Origin: an uncultured Gemmatimonadales bacterium
GTDB lineage: Bacteria; Gemmatimonadota; Gemmatimonadetes; Gemmatimonadales; GWC2-71-9
DNA: 64,000 bases
Direction of reading: 5' to 3'
Assembly: GCA_963798915.1 (NCBI GenBank)
Contig: CAWCVB010000006.1
Coordinates: 128,001 to 192,000, forward strand
Part shown: in pieces, positions 45,923 through 55,819 of the stretch
How positions within the stretch are numbered: the first letter of the stretch is position 1
Layout: each line of letters opens with the position of its first letter
Made by a program: the position numbers and the translations under genes
Notes under the pieces: generated by a model
Seen by the model: the letters and a program-made list of their open reading frames with translations, nothing else
Told to the model about the DNA's origin: nothing
The model's database searches: none

Positions 45923-47337
45923 TTGAGTCGCTCCTGGAGAAGGGGCTGGACGCCCTTGGGATCTGCCTGACCGCGGCTCTGCTTCATGACCTGACCCACG
46001 AAGAAGCCCATCAGCTTGGTTTCACCACCGCGATAACGGGCGACTTCATCAGGATGGCGCGCGAGCACTTCAGCCACCCATCCGGCCAGCGCGTCTTCAT
46101 CCTGCACCTGCACCACGCCAAGCCGTTCTGCCAGCTCCATGGGCGAATCGTCGCGTTCGCGAAGCTCGGCAAAAATGCGCTTGGCCGCCTGGAGACTCAG
46201 GGTCCCGGCGCGCTCGAGCGCCACGAGTTCCGCCAGCCGCGCTGCCGCGACGGGAAAGCCGCCGGTCTCGTTCCATGCCGTCATGACTTCCCCGGTCACC
46301 CAATTGGCAGCGACCCGCCCCTCGACACCCGCCTCGACCAAGGCCTCGAAGTAGTCCGCAAGGGCCCGCTCGCCGCTCACCACGGCCGCATGGTATGCGG
46401 AAAGCCCCTGGTCCTGCTCCAGGCGCTGGCGCCTGGCGTCGGGCAGTTCGGGAAGAGCCGCGCGCTGGCGATTGACCCAGCCCTCGTCCACCACCAGGGG
46501 GGGCAGGTCCGGCTCGGCGAAGTAGCGATAATCGTGGCTCTCCTCCTTGGAGCGCATCGGATGAACGCTGCCTCGGGCGGCATCGAACAGCAGCGTCACC
46601 TGTCGGACAGGTTCCCCGCTCTCGAGCAGTGCCACCTGCCTGGCGAATTCGGCATTCAATGCGCGTTCGACGTTGGCGAAGCTGTTCATGTTCTTGATCT
46701 CGGTCTTCACGCCCAGCGCGCTGTCGCCAGCCGGACGCACCGACAGGTTGGCGTCCACCCGCAGGCTCCCCTGCTCCATGCTGCAATCGCTGGCGCCGGT
46801 GTACAGGAGTATCTGGCGCAGCGTAGCCAGCCAGGCGCGCGCCTCGGCTGGGCTCCTGAGGTCCGGCCCGCCCACGATTTCCGCGAGCGGCACGCCGGCC
46901 CGGTTCAGGTCCACCGCCGTCCGGCCCGGGATCCGGTCGTGAAGCGACTTGCCCGCATCTTCCTCCACATGCAGCCGCTGGATGTGCACCTCCACCCGGC
47001 CCCGCTCCGGAGAGTCGAAGGCCACGCCACCGTCAGTCGCCAACGGCTGGTCGTACTGCGAGATCTGGTAGCCCTTGGGCAGGTCGGGATAGAAATAGTT
47101 CTTCCGCGCGAACACGCTCCGGTAGTGGACGGTGCATCCCAGCGCGAGCGCGGCTCGCGCCGCGAGCTCGAGGGCATGCCCGTTCACCACCGGCAATGCC
47201 CCGGGCAGGCCCAGACAAACGGGGCACACATTAGTGTTGGGCGGATCGCCGAACGACGTGGAGCACGAGCAGTACATCTTGCTGGCCGTCTTGAGCTGCA
47301 TGTGCACTTCGAGGCCGATCACGCTTTCCCAGCTCAT
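45919..47337 (-). CDS. gatB: Asp/Glu-tRNA amidotransferase subunit B
   Basis: IGLEVH, RKNYFYPDLPKGYQISQ and EEDAGK motifs. Confidence 0.97.
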   Translation of the reverse strand: MSWESVIGLEVHMQLKTASKMYCSCSTSFGDPPNTNVCPVCLGLPGALPVVNGHALELAARAALALGCTVHYRSVFARKNYFYPDLPKGYQISQYDQPLATDGGVAFDSPERGRVEVHIQRLHVEEDAGKSLHDRIPGRTAVDLNRAGVPLAEIVGGPDLRSPAEARAWLATLRQILLYTGASDCSMEQGSLRVDANLSVRPAGDSALGVKTEIKNMNSFANVERALNAEFARQVALLESGEPVRQVTLLFDAARGSVHPMRSKEESHDYRYFAEPDLPPLVVDEGWVNRQRAALPELPDARRQRLEQDQGLSAYHAAVVSGERALADYFEALVEAGVEGRVAANWVTGEVMTAWNETGGFPVAAARLAELVALERAGTLSLQAAKRIFAELRERDDSPMELAERLGVVQVQDEDALAGWVAEVLARHPDEVARYRGGETKLMGFFVGQVMKQSRGQADPKGVQPLLQERLK

Positions 47338-48728
47338 CAGCGGACCTCCGCCGCAGCGTCCAGCCTGGACTCCATCGCCAGCGCGACCTCGAGCATTGAC
47401 TCGTCCGCACCTAGCGGCGCCATGAGTTGCACCCCCACTGGAAGTCCCTCGCTCCGTCCGGCCGGCAGGCTGATGGCGGGGATGCCCGCCAGGTTGGCCG
47501 GACACACAAAAACATCCGCCTGGTACATCGCCACCGGGTCGGCGGTCTTCTCACCCGCCTTGAAGGCGGGCGTCGGCGTGGTCGGCGTCAGGAGGACATC
47601 AATCCCGCCCGCAAAGACGCGCCGGAAGTCATTGGCGATCAGCGATCGCACCCGCTGGGCCTTGCCGTAATAGGCCTCATGGTACCCGGCACTGAGAACG
47701 TATGTCCCGATGAGGATTCGCCGGCGGACTTCCGCCCCGAAACCGGCGCCGCGGGTGGCGCGATAGAGTGAGCGCATGTCGTTGCCGGGACCGCTGCGCC
47801 GCACGCCATAGCGGACGCCATCGAAGCGGGCCAGGTTGGCTGACGCTTCTGCGGGCGCGATGACATAGTACGCCGGCACGGCGTGGGGCGCGTGCGGCAG
47901 CGAAACGTCCACCAGTTCCGCGCCAAGATCACGGAGCGCCTGCCGCGCCTTCACCAGTCCTGCAGCGACGCCCGGATGCAGGTCATCGGGAAAAAACTCG
48001 ACCGGCATTCCGACGCGGAGCCCTTGCAGGCTCGGCCGTCCGCCAGGTGCCACGATTGGCGGCTGCGCCAGCGTGGTGGAGTCCTGCGGGTCGGGTCCGC
48101 TGATTGCCTGAAGCAGGCGAGCGGCATCGCCAACCGTCCGTCCAAACGGCGAGACAGCGTCGAGCGACGAACCGAAGGCCACAAGACCGTAGCGACTCAC
48201 CCGCCCGTAGCTCGGCTTGATACCCACCACGCCGCAGAAAGCCGCCGGCTGGCGCACCGATCCGCCGGTCTCCGAGCCAAGCGCCGCCGGAACGACACCA
48301 GCAGCGACCAGCGCTGCCGAACCGCCAGACGAACCGCCGGGAACCCGCTCGGCATCGTCGGGGTGCATGACACGGCCGAATGCTGAGTGTTCGGTGGACG
48401 AGCCCATGGCGAATTCATCGAGATTCGCCTTGCAGGCTACCAGCCCACCGGCCGCTCGCAGACGACGGATCACGGTGGCATCGTACGGCGAGGTGAAGCC
48501 CTCAAGCATCCTGGAGGCGCATGTCGTGGGCTGCTGCACCGTCACGATGTTGTCCTTGACCGCGACCGGCACGCCATAGAGCGGACGCGTCCTGGCATCC
48601 CCCAGCGCATCCGCCGAGCGAGCCTCGGCGTCCAGCAGCTCGGCGGACCAGTGCAGCACGGCATTCAGCCCGGCAGCTGACTCGAGTCGGCGGGCCGTCG
48701 CCGTGGCCGCAGCGCGGGCGCCGCTCAT
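47337..48728 (-). CDS. gatA: Asp/Glu-tRNA amidotransferase subunit A
   Basis: DEFAMGSS, PGGSSGGS and GSETGGSVRQP motifs. Confidence 0.97.
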   Translation of the reverse strand: MSGARAAATATARRLESAAGLNAVLHWSAELLDAEARSADALGDARTRPLYGVPVAVKDNIVTVQQPTTCASRMLEGFTSPYDATVIRRLRAAGGLVACKANLDEFAMGSSTEHSAFGRVMHPDDAERVPGGSSGGSAALVAAGVVPAALGSETGGSVRQPAAFCGVVGIKPSYGRVSRYGLVAFGSSLDAVSPFGRTVGDAARLLQAISGPDPQDSTTLAQPPIVAPGGRPSLQGLRVGMPVEFFPDDLHPGVAAGLVKARQALRDLGAELVDVSLPHAPHAVPAYYVIAPAEASANLARFDGVRYGVRRSGPGNDMRSLYRATRGAGFGAEVRRRILIGTYVLSAGYHEAYYGKAQRVRSLIANDFRRVFAGGIDVLLTPTTPTPAFKAGEKTADPVAMYQADVFVCPANLAGIPAISLPAGRSEGLPVGVQLMAPLGADESMLEVALAMESRLDAAAEVR

Positions 48729-49027
48729 GGATCTTCCTCGAGAGCGCCGCGAAGCGGAACGGCGAACAATCCGTCCACGAACTCCGGCGCCATCTCGGCC
48801 ACCGGGTGCGCCAGCGAGGCGGGGCGCACCTCATCCTCGCGGAGCGGACAGGCAGCCGGCCCCGCGATGAAGGGCTCCGATCCGGCATCATCGGTCACCT
48901 CGTTCAATCGTTCCACGAACATCACGATCCGTTCCAGCTGACCAGTGAGCTCAACCAGCTCCCGCTCGTCGATGGCCAGCTCAGCCAGCCTGGCCATCCG
49001 GGCGATGTCGTCCCGCGATATGCTCAT
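48725..49027 (-). CDS. gatC: Asp/Glu-tRNA amidotransferase subunit C
   Basis: ARLAEL, LRED and F.VP motifs; directly upstream of gatA. Confidence 0.9.
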   Translation of the reverse strand: MSISRDDIARMARLAELAIDERELVELTGQLERIVMFVERLNEVTDDAGSEPFIAGPAACPLREDEVRPASLAHPVAEMAPEFVDGLFAVPLRGALEEDP

Positions 49028-51282
49028 GCGCTCTCCCACTCTCGTTCCAGGCCGGCATACGCCACCAGCAACTCCTTGGTGCCAACTTCCTGGTCGTCAA
49101 ACGCCACGCTCACCTTGAGGTCGCGCCCGGCGCCGCGCAGGCCGCGAATGGTGCCGGATCCGAACCGGCGATGCCGGACGCGCTCACCCTTGACGTAGCG
49201 TGGAGCATCCTGCGAGGCCTCCTCCACCGCCGGCACGGCTGCCGCCGCGCGTGACTGCTGGCGGGTCCAGGAGCGGCCCGGTGCCGCCCGGCCTGGGCCA
49301 GCATTCCACCCTGGCGCCCAGAGCGCGGAGGTGCGCTGTTCGTCTACCACCTCGGGCGGCACCGCCTTGAGAAAGCGCGAGGGCGCGCCAGGACGCAGCT
49401 CGCCGCCGCGCCGGCGGGCACGCGCCCATGAGAGGTACAGCTTGTCCTTGGCGCGCGTGAGGCCCACGTACGCGAGGCGCCGCTCTTCCTCCAGGCCCTC
49501 GAGTTGCTCCAACGAGCGACCCAGCGGGAACAGGCCCTCCTCCAATCCCGCGATCACCACCACTGGCCACTCGAGTCCCTTGGCCGTGTGCAGGGTCATC
49601 AGGGTGACGCCGCGCTCGTCACCGGCAATCGTGTCGTTGGCCGATACCAGGGCTGCTTCGGACAGGAAACGCCCCAGTGGAGTGCCTTCCTCCTCGGGCG
49701 AAACGACTTCGGACCAGTTGGCAGCGCTGGCCACCAGCTCCCGCACATTGTCCCAACGGTCGAGCCCCTCCGGTCCCTCGGCTCGCAACCAGGCCTCATA
49801 GTCCGTGATCCGGATGATTTCCTCCAGCAGCTGCGCCGGGGTCCATACGGCGGCAACGTCATGCAGCCGCGCCATCGCTGCTGCGAAGTCACGCAGTGCA
49901 TTGCGCACATTGGGCCGCAGGTCCGCAACCGCATCGGCACGCGCGGCAGCCTCCAGCAGTGGCCGGCCCCATGCGGAGGCCTGCGCCACCAGCGCCGCAA
50001 GGCTGGAGTCGCCGATGCCGCGCTTGGGGGTGTTGATGGCGCGAAGAAATGCTTCGTCGTCACTGGGATTCGCCACCAGCCGGAGATAGGCCAGGAGATC
50101 CCTGACCTCGCGCCGGGCATAGAAACTGGTGGCGCCGATGATCCGGTAGGGCACGCCGCTTCGCCTGAATGCCTCCTCAAAGGCCCGCGACTGCGCATTT
50201 GTTCGATACAGGATTGCCATCTCGTCATAGGCCCAATCGGCGGCACTCTGGCGCCGCACCAGCTCACGCACCACCCACTCGGCTTCGTCACGCTCATCGG
50301 CCGCCGCCACCAGCGTGAGCATTTCGCCGCCCTGCCGGTTGGTGCGCAGGACCTTGCCGATCCGCCCCGCATTTTCGCCAATCACACCGTTCGCCGCGTC
50401 CAGCACCAGACTGGTCGAGCGATAATTCTCCTCCAGGCGCACCAGCCGCGCGCCAGCGAAATCCTCCTGAAACTGGCGCATGTTGCGCACGTCCGCGCCG
50501 CGCCAGCCGTAGATGCTCTGGTCGTCGTCCCCGACGGCGGCGATGTTCCCGTGGTGCCCGAGCAAGCGGATCAGCTGGTACTGCGCCTTGTTGGTATCCT
50601 GGAATTCGTCCACCAGGACGAACTGGAACTTGTGCCGATAGTAGTCCAGCCGGTCCGGATGCTCCCGGAACAATTGCAGCGGAAGCAGCAGCAGGTCGTC
50701 GAATTCCATTGCATTGGCCGCTCGCAACGCCGGACCCATCGCCTCCATCACGTCGGCAGCCACCTGCGCCAGGCGGTCAAATGGTGACTCGCTCCGGAGC
50801 TGCTCCGCTGATTGCATCCGGTTGCGGGCACCTGACACGATCGACTGCACGACCTTGGGCGTGAATGTGCGGGGCGAATGCCCGCCCTGCTCGAGCAGGC
50901 GCTTGACCAGTGCCACCGAGTCGGCCTGGTCGTAGATGCTGAACTGGCGGGTGAAGCCGAGGAGCTCCGCGTCCCGGCGAAGCATCCGGGCGCCGAGGGC
51001 ATGAAACGTCCCGATCCAGAGCCCCGAGGGATCCCGCTGGAGCAGACGGCCGATGCGCTCCTTCATTTCGCCGGCAGCCTTGTTGGTGAAGGTCACCGCG
51101 AAAATCCGGTCGGGCGGCACGCCATGCCGCTCGATGAGATTGGCGATCCGGGTCGTGAGAACGCGCGTCTTGCCCGAGCCGGCACCGGCCAGGACCAGCA
51201 GAGGTCCGTGGACGTGTTCCACCGCCTCGGCCTGTGCCGGATTCAGCGCCTGGAACCACTCCGATCGTGCTTCGTGCGTCAT
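49024..51282 (-). CDS. pcrA: UvrD/PcrA ATP-dependent DNA helicase
   Basis: AGAGSGKT, DEFQD, NYRS, HTAKGLE and EERRL motifs; C-terminal Tudor-like HRRFG.G. Confidence 0.95.
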   Translation of the reverse strand: MTHEARSEWFQALNPAQAEAVEHVHGPLLVLAGAGSGKTRVLTTRIANLIERHGVPPDRIFAVTFTNKAAGEMKERIGRLLQRDPSGLWIGTFHALGARMLRRDAELLGFTRQFSIYDQADSVALVKRLLEQGGHSPRTFTPKVVQSIVSGARNRMQSAEQLRSESPFDRLAQVAADVMEAMGPALRAANAMEFDDLLLLPLQLFREHPDRLDYYRHKFQFVLVDEFQDTNKAQYQLIRLLGHHGNIAAVGDDDQSIYGWRGADVRNMRQFQEDFAGARLVRLEENYRSTSLVLDAANGVIGENAGRIGKVLRTNRQGGEMLTLVAAADERDEAEWVVRELVRRQSAADWAYDEMAILYRTNAQSRAFEEAFRRSGVPYRIIGATSFYARREVRDLLAYLRLVANPSDDEAFLRAINTPKRGIGDSSLAALVAQASAWGRPLLEAAARADAVADLRPNVRNALRDFAAAMARLHDVAAVWTPAQLLEEIIRITDYEAWLRAEGPEGLDRWDNVRELVASAANWSEVVSPEEEGTPLGRFLSEAALVSANDTIAGDERGVTLMTLHTAKGLEWPVVVIAGLEEGLFPLGRSLEQLEGLEEERRLAYVGLTRAKDKLYLSWARARRRGGELRPGAPSRFLKAVPPEVVDEQRTSALWAPGWNAGPGRAAPGRSWTRQQSRAAAAVPAVEEASQDAPRYVKGERVRHRRFGSGTIRGLRGAGRDLKVSVAFDDQEVGTKELLVAYAGLEREWESA

Positions 51283-52460
51283 GACTTCTTTTCCGACAGG
51301 GGAAGCCGCATTACGAAAGTGGCGCCACGCTCCCCCGGTTCCAGTACCAATTCTCCGCCATGGGCATCCTCGACAACGCGGCGTGCCAGCGCCAGTCCGA
51401 TGCCCCACCCGCCCTGCTTGCTGCTGGCACCCGGCTCGAACAGCCGCCTCCGCATCTCGCGAGTGACGCCGGGGCCGTCGTCGATCACCCTCAGCTCAGC
51501 GCGCGCGTGATCCGCGCCGACCCGGAGCGTAATGGTTCCCTGGCGGCCGTGCAGCGCGTCGATTGCGTTCTTGACCAGCGCCTCCAGGGTCCACTCCAGC
51601 AGGACCGGATCGCCGATAATGATTGGACCAGCGCTCGGCGCATCGACTCGCAGGGTGATGGGATTGGCATGACGCGGCAATCGGGGCCTGAAGTATTCGG
51701 CCACGCGCGCGGCGAGCGCCCCGAGGCCGACGGGCTCGCGCCGGGCCGGGTTGCCAATGCGCTCAAAGCGCCTGGCAACGCGCTCCAGCCTTTCCGCGTC
51801 AGCCGCCAGATGCTCGGCAAGCTCAGGTGGTGGTGACGGGCGCCCGCGAAGCGACTCGATCCAGCCCTGCAGGCTCATCAAGGGGGTGCCAAGCTGGTGG
51901 GCCGCTTCGCGGGCCATCGCGACCCAGAGCCGGTCACGCTGGGCGCTCATGCCGCTACGATACGCGAAGGCGGCGACGGCCACCATCATGAGGATGATGA
52001 ATGCCTGCAGCACGGCCAACCCGGTCAGCTGGCCCTTGGCCGGCAGCGGGCCGTAATGGATTTCCTGACCGCTCAGCGAATCCCGGAGCGGCGCATTGCT
52101 CGCGTCGAGCCCGGCGACGTAGCGTTGGATTCGTGAATCCCCGAGCGGCAACTCGCGCAGGGCCCCAGGCAGGTTGTCGGCCGCAGTGACGACGCCGGAC
52201 GAGTCGGTGACCACCAGTGGCATCCCGAGATGCCGGACCTGCTCGCCCAACCGCAGCAGCGCATCGGCTTCGCCCCCGGGCTGCGAACTGTTCAAGCCCG
52301 AATACACACCGGAATAGAGGCGGCTCATCGAGCGCGCATCCTCACCGAAGTGCCGCGCGACAAGGAAGGCGGTGCCCAGACTCAGGCCGGCGAGGAGCGC
52401 CACCAGCAACACCGCGGCCGTTGGCGCCAGCCGACCGGCGGGGCGCCTCGCGTCAGGCAC
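51279..52460 (-). CDS. Membrane sensor histidine kinase (no response regulator nearby)
   Basis: Two TMs, EAAHQLGTP H-box, KNAIDA, DDGPG and GIGL motifs. Confidence 0.92.
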   Translation of the reverse strand: MPDARRPAGRLAPTAAVLLVALLAGLSLGTAFLVARHFGEDARSMSRLYSGVYSGLNSSQPGGEADALLRLGEQVRHLGMPLVVTDSSGVVTAADNLPGALRELPLGDSRIQRYVAGLDASNAPLRDSLSGQEIHYGPLPAKGQLTGLAVLQAFIILMMVAVAAFAYRSGMSAQRDRLWVAMAREAAHQLGTPLMSLQGWIESLRGRPSPPPELAEHLAADAERLERVARRFERIGNPARREPVGLGALAARVAEYFRPRLPRHANPITLRVDAPSAGPIIIGDPVLLEWTLEALVKNAIDALHGRQGTITLRVGADHARAELRVIDDGPGVTREMRRRLFEPGASSKQGGWGIGLALARRVVEDAHGGELVLEPGERGATFVMRLPLSEKKS

Positions 52461-53736
52461 GTGGCACGAGGCGGTCCATGCCCAGGTAGGGCACCAGCGC
52501 CTCGGGGATCCGGATCGAGCCATCGCGCTGCTGATTGTTTTCGAGCAGTGCGATGATGGTCCGCGGGAAGGCCACGCCGGAGGCGTTGAGCGTGTGGACG
52601 AACTCGGGACGGGCGCCGGGCTCCGGCCGGAAGCGGATATTGGCGCGGCGAGCCTGAAAGTCGGTGAAAGTGCTGGCGCTGGATGCCTCGAGCCAGGTCC
52701 CCACGCCCTCGGCCCAGACTTCCAGGTCGTACGTGCGCGCTGCCGCGAACCCGGTATCGCCTGCAGCGAGTTCGAGCACTCGATAGGGCAAACCGAGGGC
52801 CTGGAGGACGGCCTCAGCGTGCCCGGTCAGGATGATGTGCTCCGCGTCGGAGTGCTCGGGTCGGACCAGGCGCACCAGCTCCACCTTGTCGAACTGGTGG
52901 ACCCGGATCAGCCCACGCGTATCCTTCCCGTGAGCGCCGGCCTCGCGCCGGAAGCACGGCGTATAGGCCACGAAGCCCGCCGGCAGTGCCTCGGCATCCA
53001 GGATTTCATCACGATAGAGGTTGGTGACCGGTACTTCGGCGGTCGGTATCAGGAAGAAATCGTCGTCCGCGGTGCGGTAAAGATCATCCTCGAATTTGGG
53101 CAGTTGGCCCGTGCCGGTCAGTGATGCACGATTGACCAGATAAGGCGGGGCGATTTCGAGGTAGCCATGCTCCCGGACATGCAGGTCGAGCATGAAGTTG
53201 GCAAGCGCCCGCACCAGCCTGGCCCCCGCGCCTGCAAAGAGCGGGAAACCGGAGCCGGTCAGCTTGGCCCCGCGGACCAGGTCGAGGATGCCGAGGTCGG
53301 CCGCAAGGTCCCAATGCGGGCGTGGAACGAAGTCGAGGACTGGCCGTTCTCCCCATTCGCGAACGACGCGATTGGCCGACGCGGGGCCGTCTGGCACGTC
53401 GGGATGGGGCAGGTTGGGCACACGCAGCAGCGCAGCCTCGAGCTGTTCATCGATCTGCCGCACGTCGGCATCGAGGGCCTTCACTTCCTCGCTCGAGGCC
53501 TTGAGCCTGGCGAGCAGGGTCTCCGCCGGCTCGCCAGCTTGCTTGAGTCGCGCTACCTCCGCGCTCGACGCGTTCCGTTCAGCCTTGAGCGCCTCCACGC
53601 GGGTCAGCAGTTCCCGCCGGCGCTGGTCAAGACCAAGTACCGCATCCAGGGCGGCATCCAGCGCACTATCGCCGCGGCGGGCCAGCGCGGCGCGGTAACG
53701 CTCCGGCTCCTGCCGAAGTCGCTTGATGTCAAGCAT
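52453..53736 (-). CDS. serS: Serine--tRNA ligase
   Basis: LIPTAEVP, FRREAG, RVHQFDKVE and HTLNASG motifs. Confidence 0.98.
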   Translation of the reverse strand: MLDIKRLRQEPERYRAALARRGDSALDAALDAVLGLDQRRRELLTRVEALKAERNASSAEVARLKQAGEPAETLLARLKASSEEVKALDADVRQIDEQLEAALLRVPNLPHPDVPDGPASANRVVREWGERPVLDFVPRPHWDLAADLGILDLVRGAKLTGSGFPLFAGAGARLVRALANFMLDLHVREHGYLEIAPPYLVNRASLTGTGQLPKFEDDLYRTADDDFFLIPTAEVPVTNLYRDEILDAEALPAGFVAYTPCFRREAGAHGKDTRGLIRVHQFDKVELVRLVRPEHSDAEHIILTGHAEAVLQALGLPYRVLELAAGDTGFAAARTYDLEVWAEGVGTWLEASSASTFTDFQARRANIRFRPEPGARPEFVHTLNASGVAFPRTIIALLENNQQRDGSIRIPEALVPYLGMDRLVPRA

Positions 53737-53742
53737 GCGACT

Positions 53743-54291
53743 CTACTTTTCGGGCAGGCCCGGCGCCAGCCCGATGTAACCGCAATTCTGGTCGGCCAGT
53801 ACCTCGAACGTCACCGTTCGCGCAAGGGCGTCGATGCCAAGAATCCGGAGCTTTGCGTAGAGCGGTGCGCCAAGGGACGAGCAGACGACCCGCGACCGGG
53901 CGACGAACACGTCGCCGACGGCCAGCTGCACCGTGTCCCGGGTGGTGTAACCGTTACTGCCGGCTTCGGTAATGGCGGCGAAGTCAGAGGTTGACCGGAT
54001 GAGCCCCGGCTGCAGGCCGCTGGCCGGGAAATTGAGCCCAGCCCGGGGAATGAACACTGGCAGGCCGTCACGCAGGTCAAAGGCGACGTCGAAGTCCGCG
54101 CTCAGGTCGGTCCGGACGCTTCGCGGGCCTGCGAGCGACAGCGCGCTCGGCAGTTGGATGGCAGTTTCCGTCAGCGCCGAGATCGAGATGGTATCGACCA
54201 CATTCTCGATCTGGGGATCGGCGAGCGCATTCGGGTCGCCGCAGGCGGCCAGGCCAAGGATGGCGGCAAGACAGACGATTGAGGGACGCAT
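53743..54291 (-). CDS. Hypothetical lipoprotein
   Basis: LAAC lipobox; YAKL...NCGY C-terminus. Confidence 0.7.
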   Translation of the reverse strand: MRPSIVCLAAILGLAACGDPNALADPQIENVVDTISISALTETAIQLPSALSLAGPRSVRTDLSADFDVAFDLRDGLPVFIPRAGLNFPASGLQPGLIRSTSDFAAITEAGSNGYTTRDTVQLAVGDVFVARSRVVCSSLGAPLYAKLRILGIDALARTVTFEVLADQNCGYIGLAPGLPEK

Positions 54292-54300
54292 GTGAAGGGA

Positions 54301-54364
54301 AGAGTAAGGGCCGGAAGAATGAGGGTCAATCTTTCTTGACTTCATCATCGTCGCTTTCTACAAT
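54301..54364. promoter_or_regulatory. Back-to-back divergent sigma70-type promoters
   Basis: Minus: TTGACC(54329-24)-17-TACTCT(54306-01); plus: TTGACT(54336-41)-17-TACAAT(54359-64). Confidence 0.75.
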
Positions 54365-54397
54365 CCCGCTTTGCATCCCCTCGGCATGGAGCGACGC

Positions 54398-54748
54398 ATG
54401 ACCGCGCTTGCGGACCTCGTAAACGGGCTGGCTGGCCGGCCTGGTGTGGCCGCGGTCGTGGTCGCCAGCCCGGATGGGCTACCGATCAGGACCGCGGGCA
54501 GCCAGCTGGATATCGAGGCGGCGGCGGCGCTGGTCGTCACCGTGGCCCGTTCGGCCGCCAGGCTTGGTGATGCCGCAACGATCGGGACCGTGAGCCGCTT
54601 CGTCCTGGAATGCGCGAGAGGCATGGCGCTGGCCGGCCTCATCCGCGATGGCAATTGGCTCCTGGTCCTGGCTCAACCCGAGGCAGACATCGGCCAGTTA
54701 CTGTACGATCTTCGCCAGGAAGGCCCTGCCCTTGCCGCGCAACTGTAG
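54398..54748 (+). CDS. Roadblock/LC7 (MglB-like) protein
   Basis: GVAAVVVASPDGL...ADIGQLLYDLR; GGAG SD; start could be 54386. Confidence 0.85.
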   Translation: MTALADLVNGLAGRPGVAAVVVASPDGLPIRTAGSQLDIEAAAALVVTVARSAARLGDAATIGTVSRFVLECARGMALAGLIRDGNWLLVLAQPEADIGQLLYDLRQEGPALAAQL

Positions 54749-54790
54749 CACCTGTCGGCGCGGAGGGCGCGCGTTGCGCCATCCGGCGCC

Positions 54791-55819
54791 ATGAAATGGG
54801 CCGTCCTGCTCGCCGGCGGGTCCGGCACGCGCTTCTGGCCCCTGAGCACACCCTCCAATCCCAAGCAACTCTTACCGCTGACGGGCCCGCTCTCCTCGGC
54901 CGAGGAGGCCGTGCGTCGTCTGGAAGGACTGGTGGCGCCGGAGCGGATCCTGCTCGTGACCGGACCGTCACTTGCTGAGCAACTGGGATCGCGACTCGAA
55001 GTGCCAACGGCCAATGTCCTGGTGGAGCCACGAGCGGCATCCACTGGTCCGGCGCTCATCTGGGCGTCGCACGAAGCGCTGGCCCGAGATGCGGACGCCG
55101 AAGTGCTTTCCCTGCATGCCGACTGGGCGATCGGTGACGCCGCTGCGTTCCGCCGCACCGCCAGCGTGGCCCTGGCTGCCGCACGTACGCACGATCGCCT
55201 GGTGACCGTGGGGATGATCCCGTCGCGTCCCGAGACGGGCTACGGATACATCGTGCCTGGCCCGCCGCTCGATGCGTCGGCACGATCCGTGGCCCGGTTT
55301 CAGGAAAAGCCGGACGCGGCGACTGCGCTTGACCTGATGGCGGCTGGGGCGCTCTGGAACAGCGGCCTGTTCGCGTGGACTGCCGGGCGCCTGCTCACGG
55401 AAGTGAGGCTTCATACCCCTGAAGTTTCCGGCGCCCTGCCCCGGCTCGACGCGGGAGACGTGGCGGGATTCTTCGAGGCCGTCACTCCCATCTCCATCGA
55501 TGTCGGCGTCCTCGAGCGCAGTGATCGCGTGGCCGTGGTCAGCGGCGCGTTTGCCTGGGATGATATCGGGACCTGGGAAGCGCTCATGCGAGTCCGCCCA
55601 AAGGATCCTGCTGGAAATGTCGTGGTCGGCCCGGCCTGCCTGCACGAGTCTCATGATTGCATTGTGTGGTCTGATGGCGAGCCCGTGGTCCTAAGCCACG
55701 TGCAGGACCTCGTAGTGGTGCACGCCAACGGCCGAATGCTCGTGATGCCGCGTCGGCAGTCGGGGGACCTCAAGCAGGTGCTCGATGCCCTCCCGCCGGC
55801 CATCAGGGACCTGCAGTGA
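54791..55819 (+). CDS. manC: Mannose-1-phosphate guanylyltransferase
   Basis: LAGGSGTRFWPLS..PKQ, ETGYGYI, EKP, WNSG and WDDIG motifs. Confidence 0.9.
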   Translation: MKWAVLLAGGSGTRFWPLSTPSNPKQLLPLTGPLSSAEEAVRRLEGLVAPERILLVTGPSLAEQLGSRLEVPTANVLVEPRAASTGPALIWASHEALARDADAEVLSLHADWAIGDAAAFRRTASVALAAARTHDRLVTVGMIPSRPETGYGYIVPGPPLDASARSVARFQEKPDAATALDLMAAGALWNSGLFAWTAGRLLTEVRLHTPEVSGALPRLDAGDVAGFFEAVTPISIDVGVLERSDRVAVVSGAFAWDDIGTWEALMRVRPKDPAGNVVVGPACLHESHDCIVWSDGEPVVLSHVQDLVVVHANGRMLVMPRRQSGDLKQVLDALPPAIRDLQ

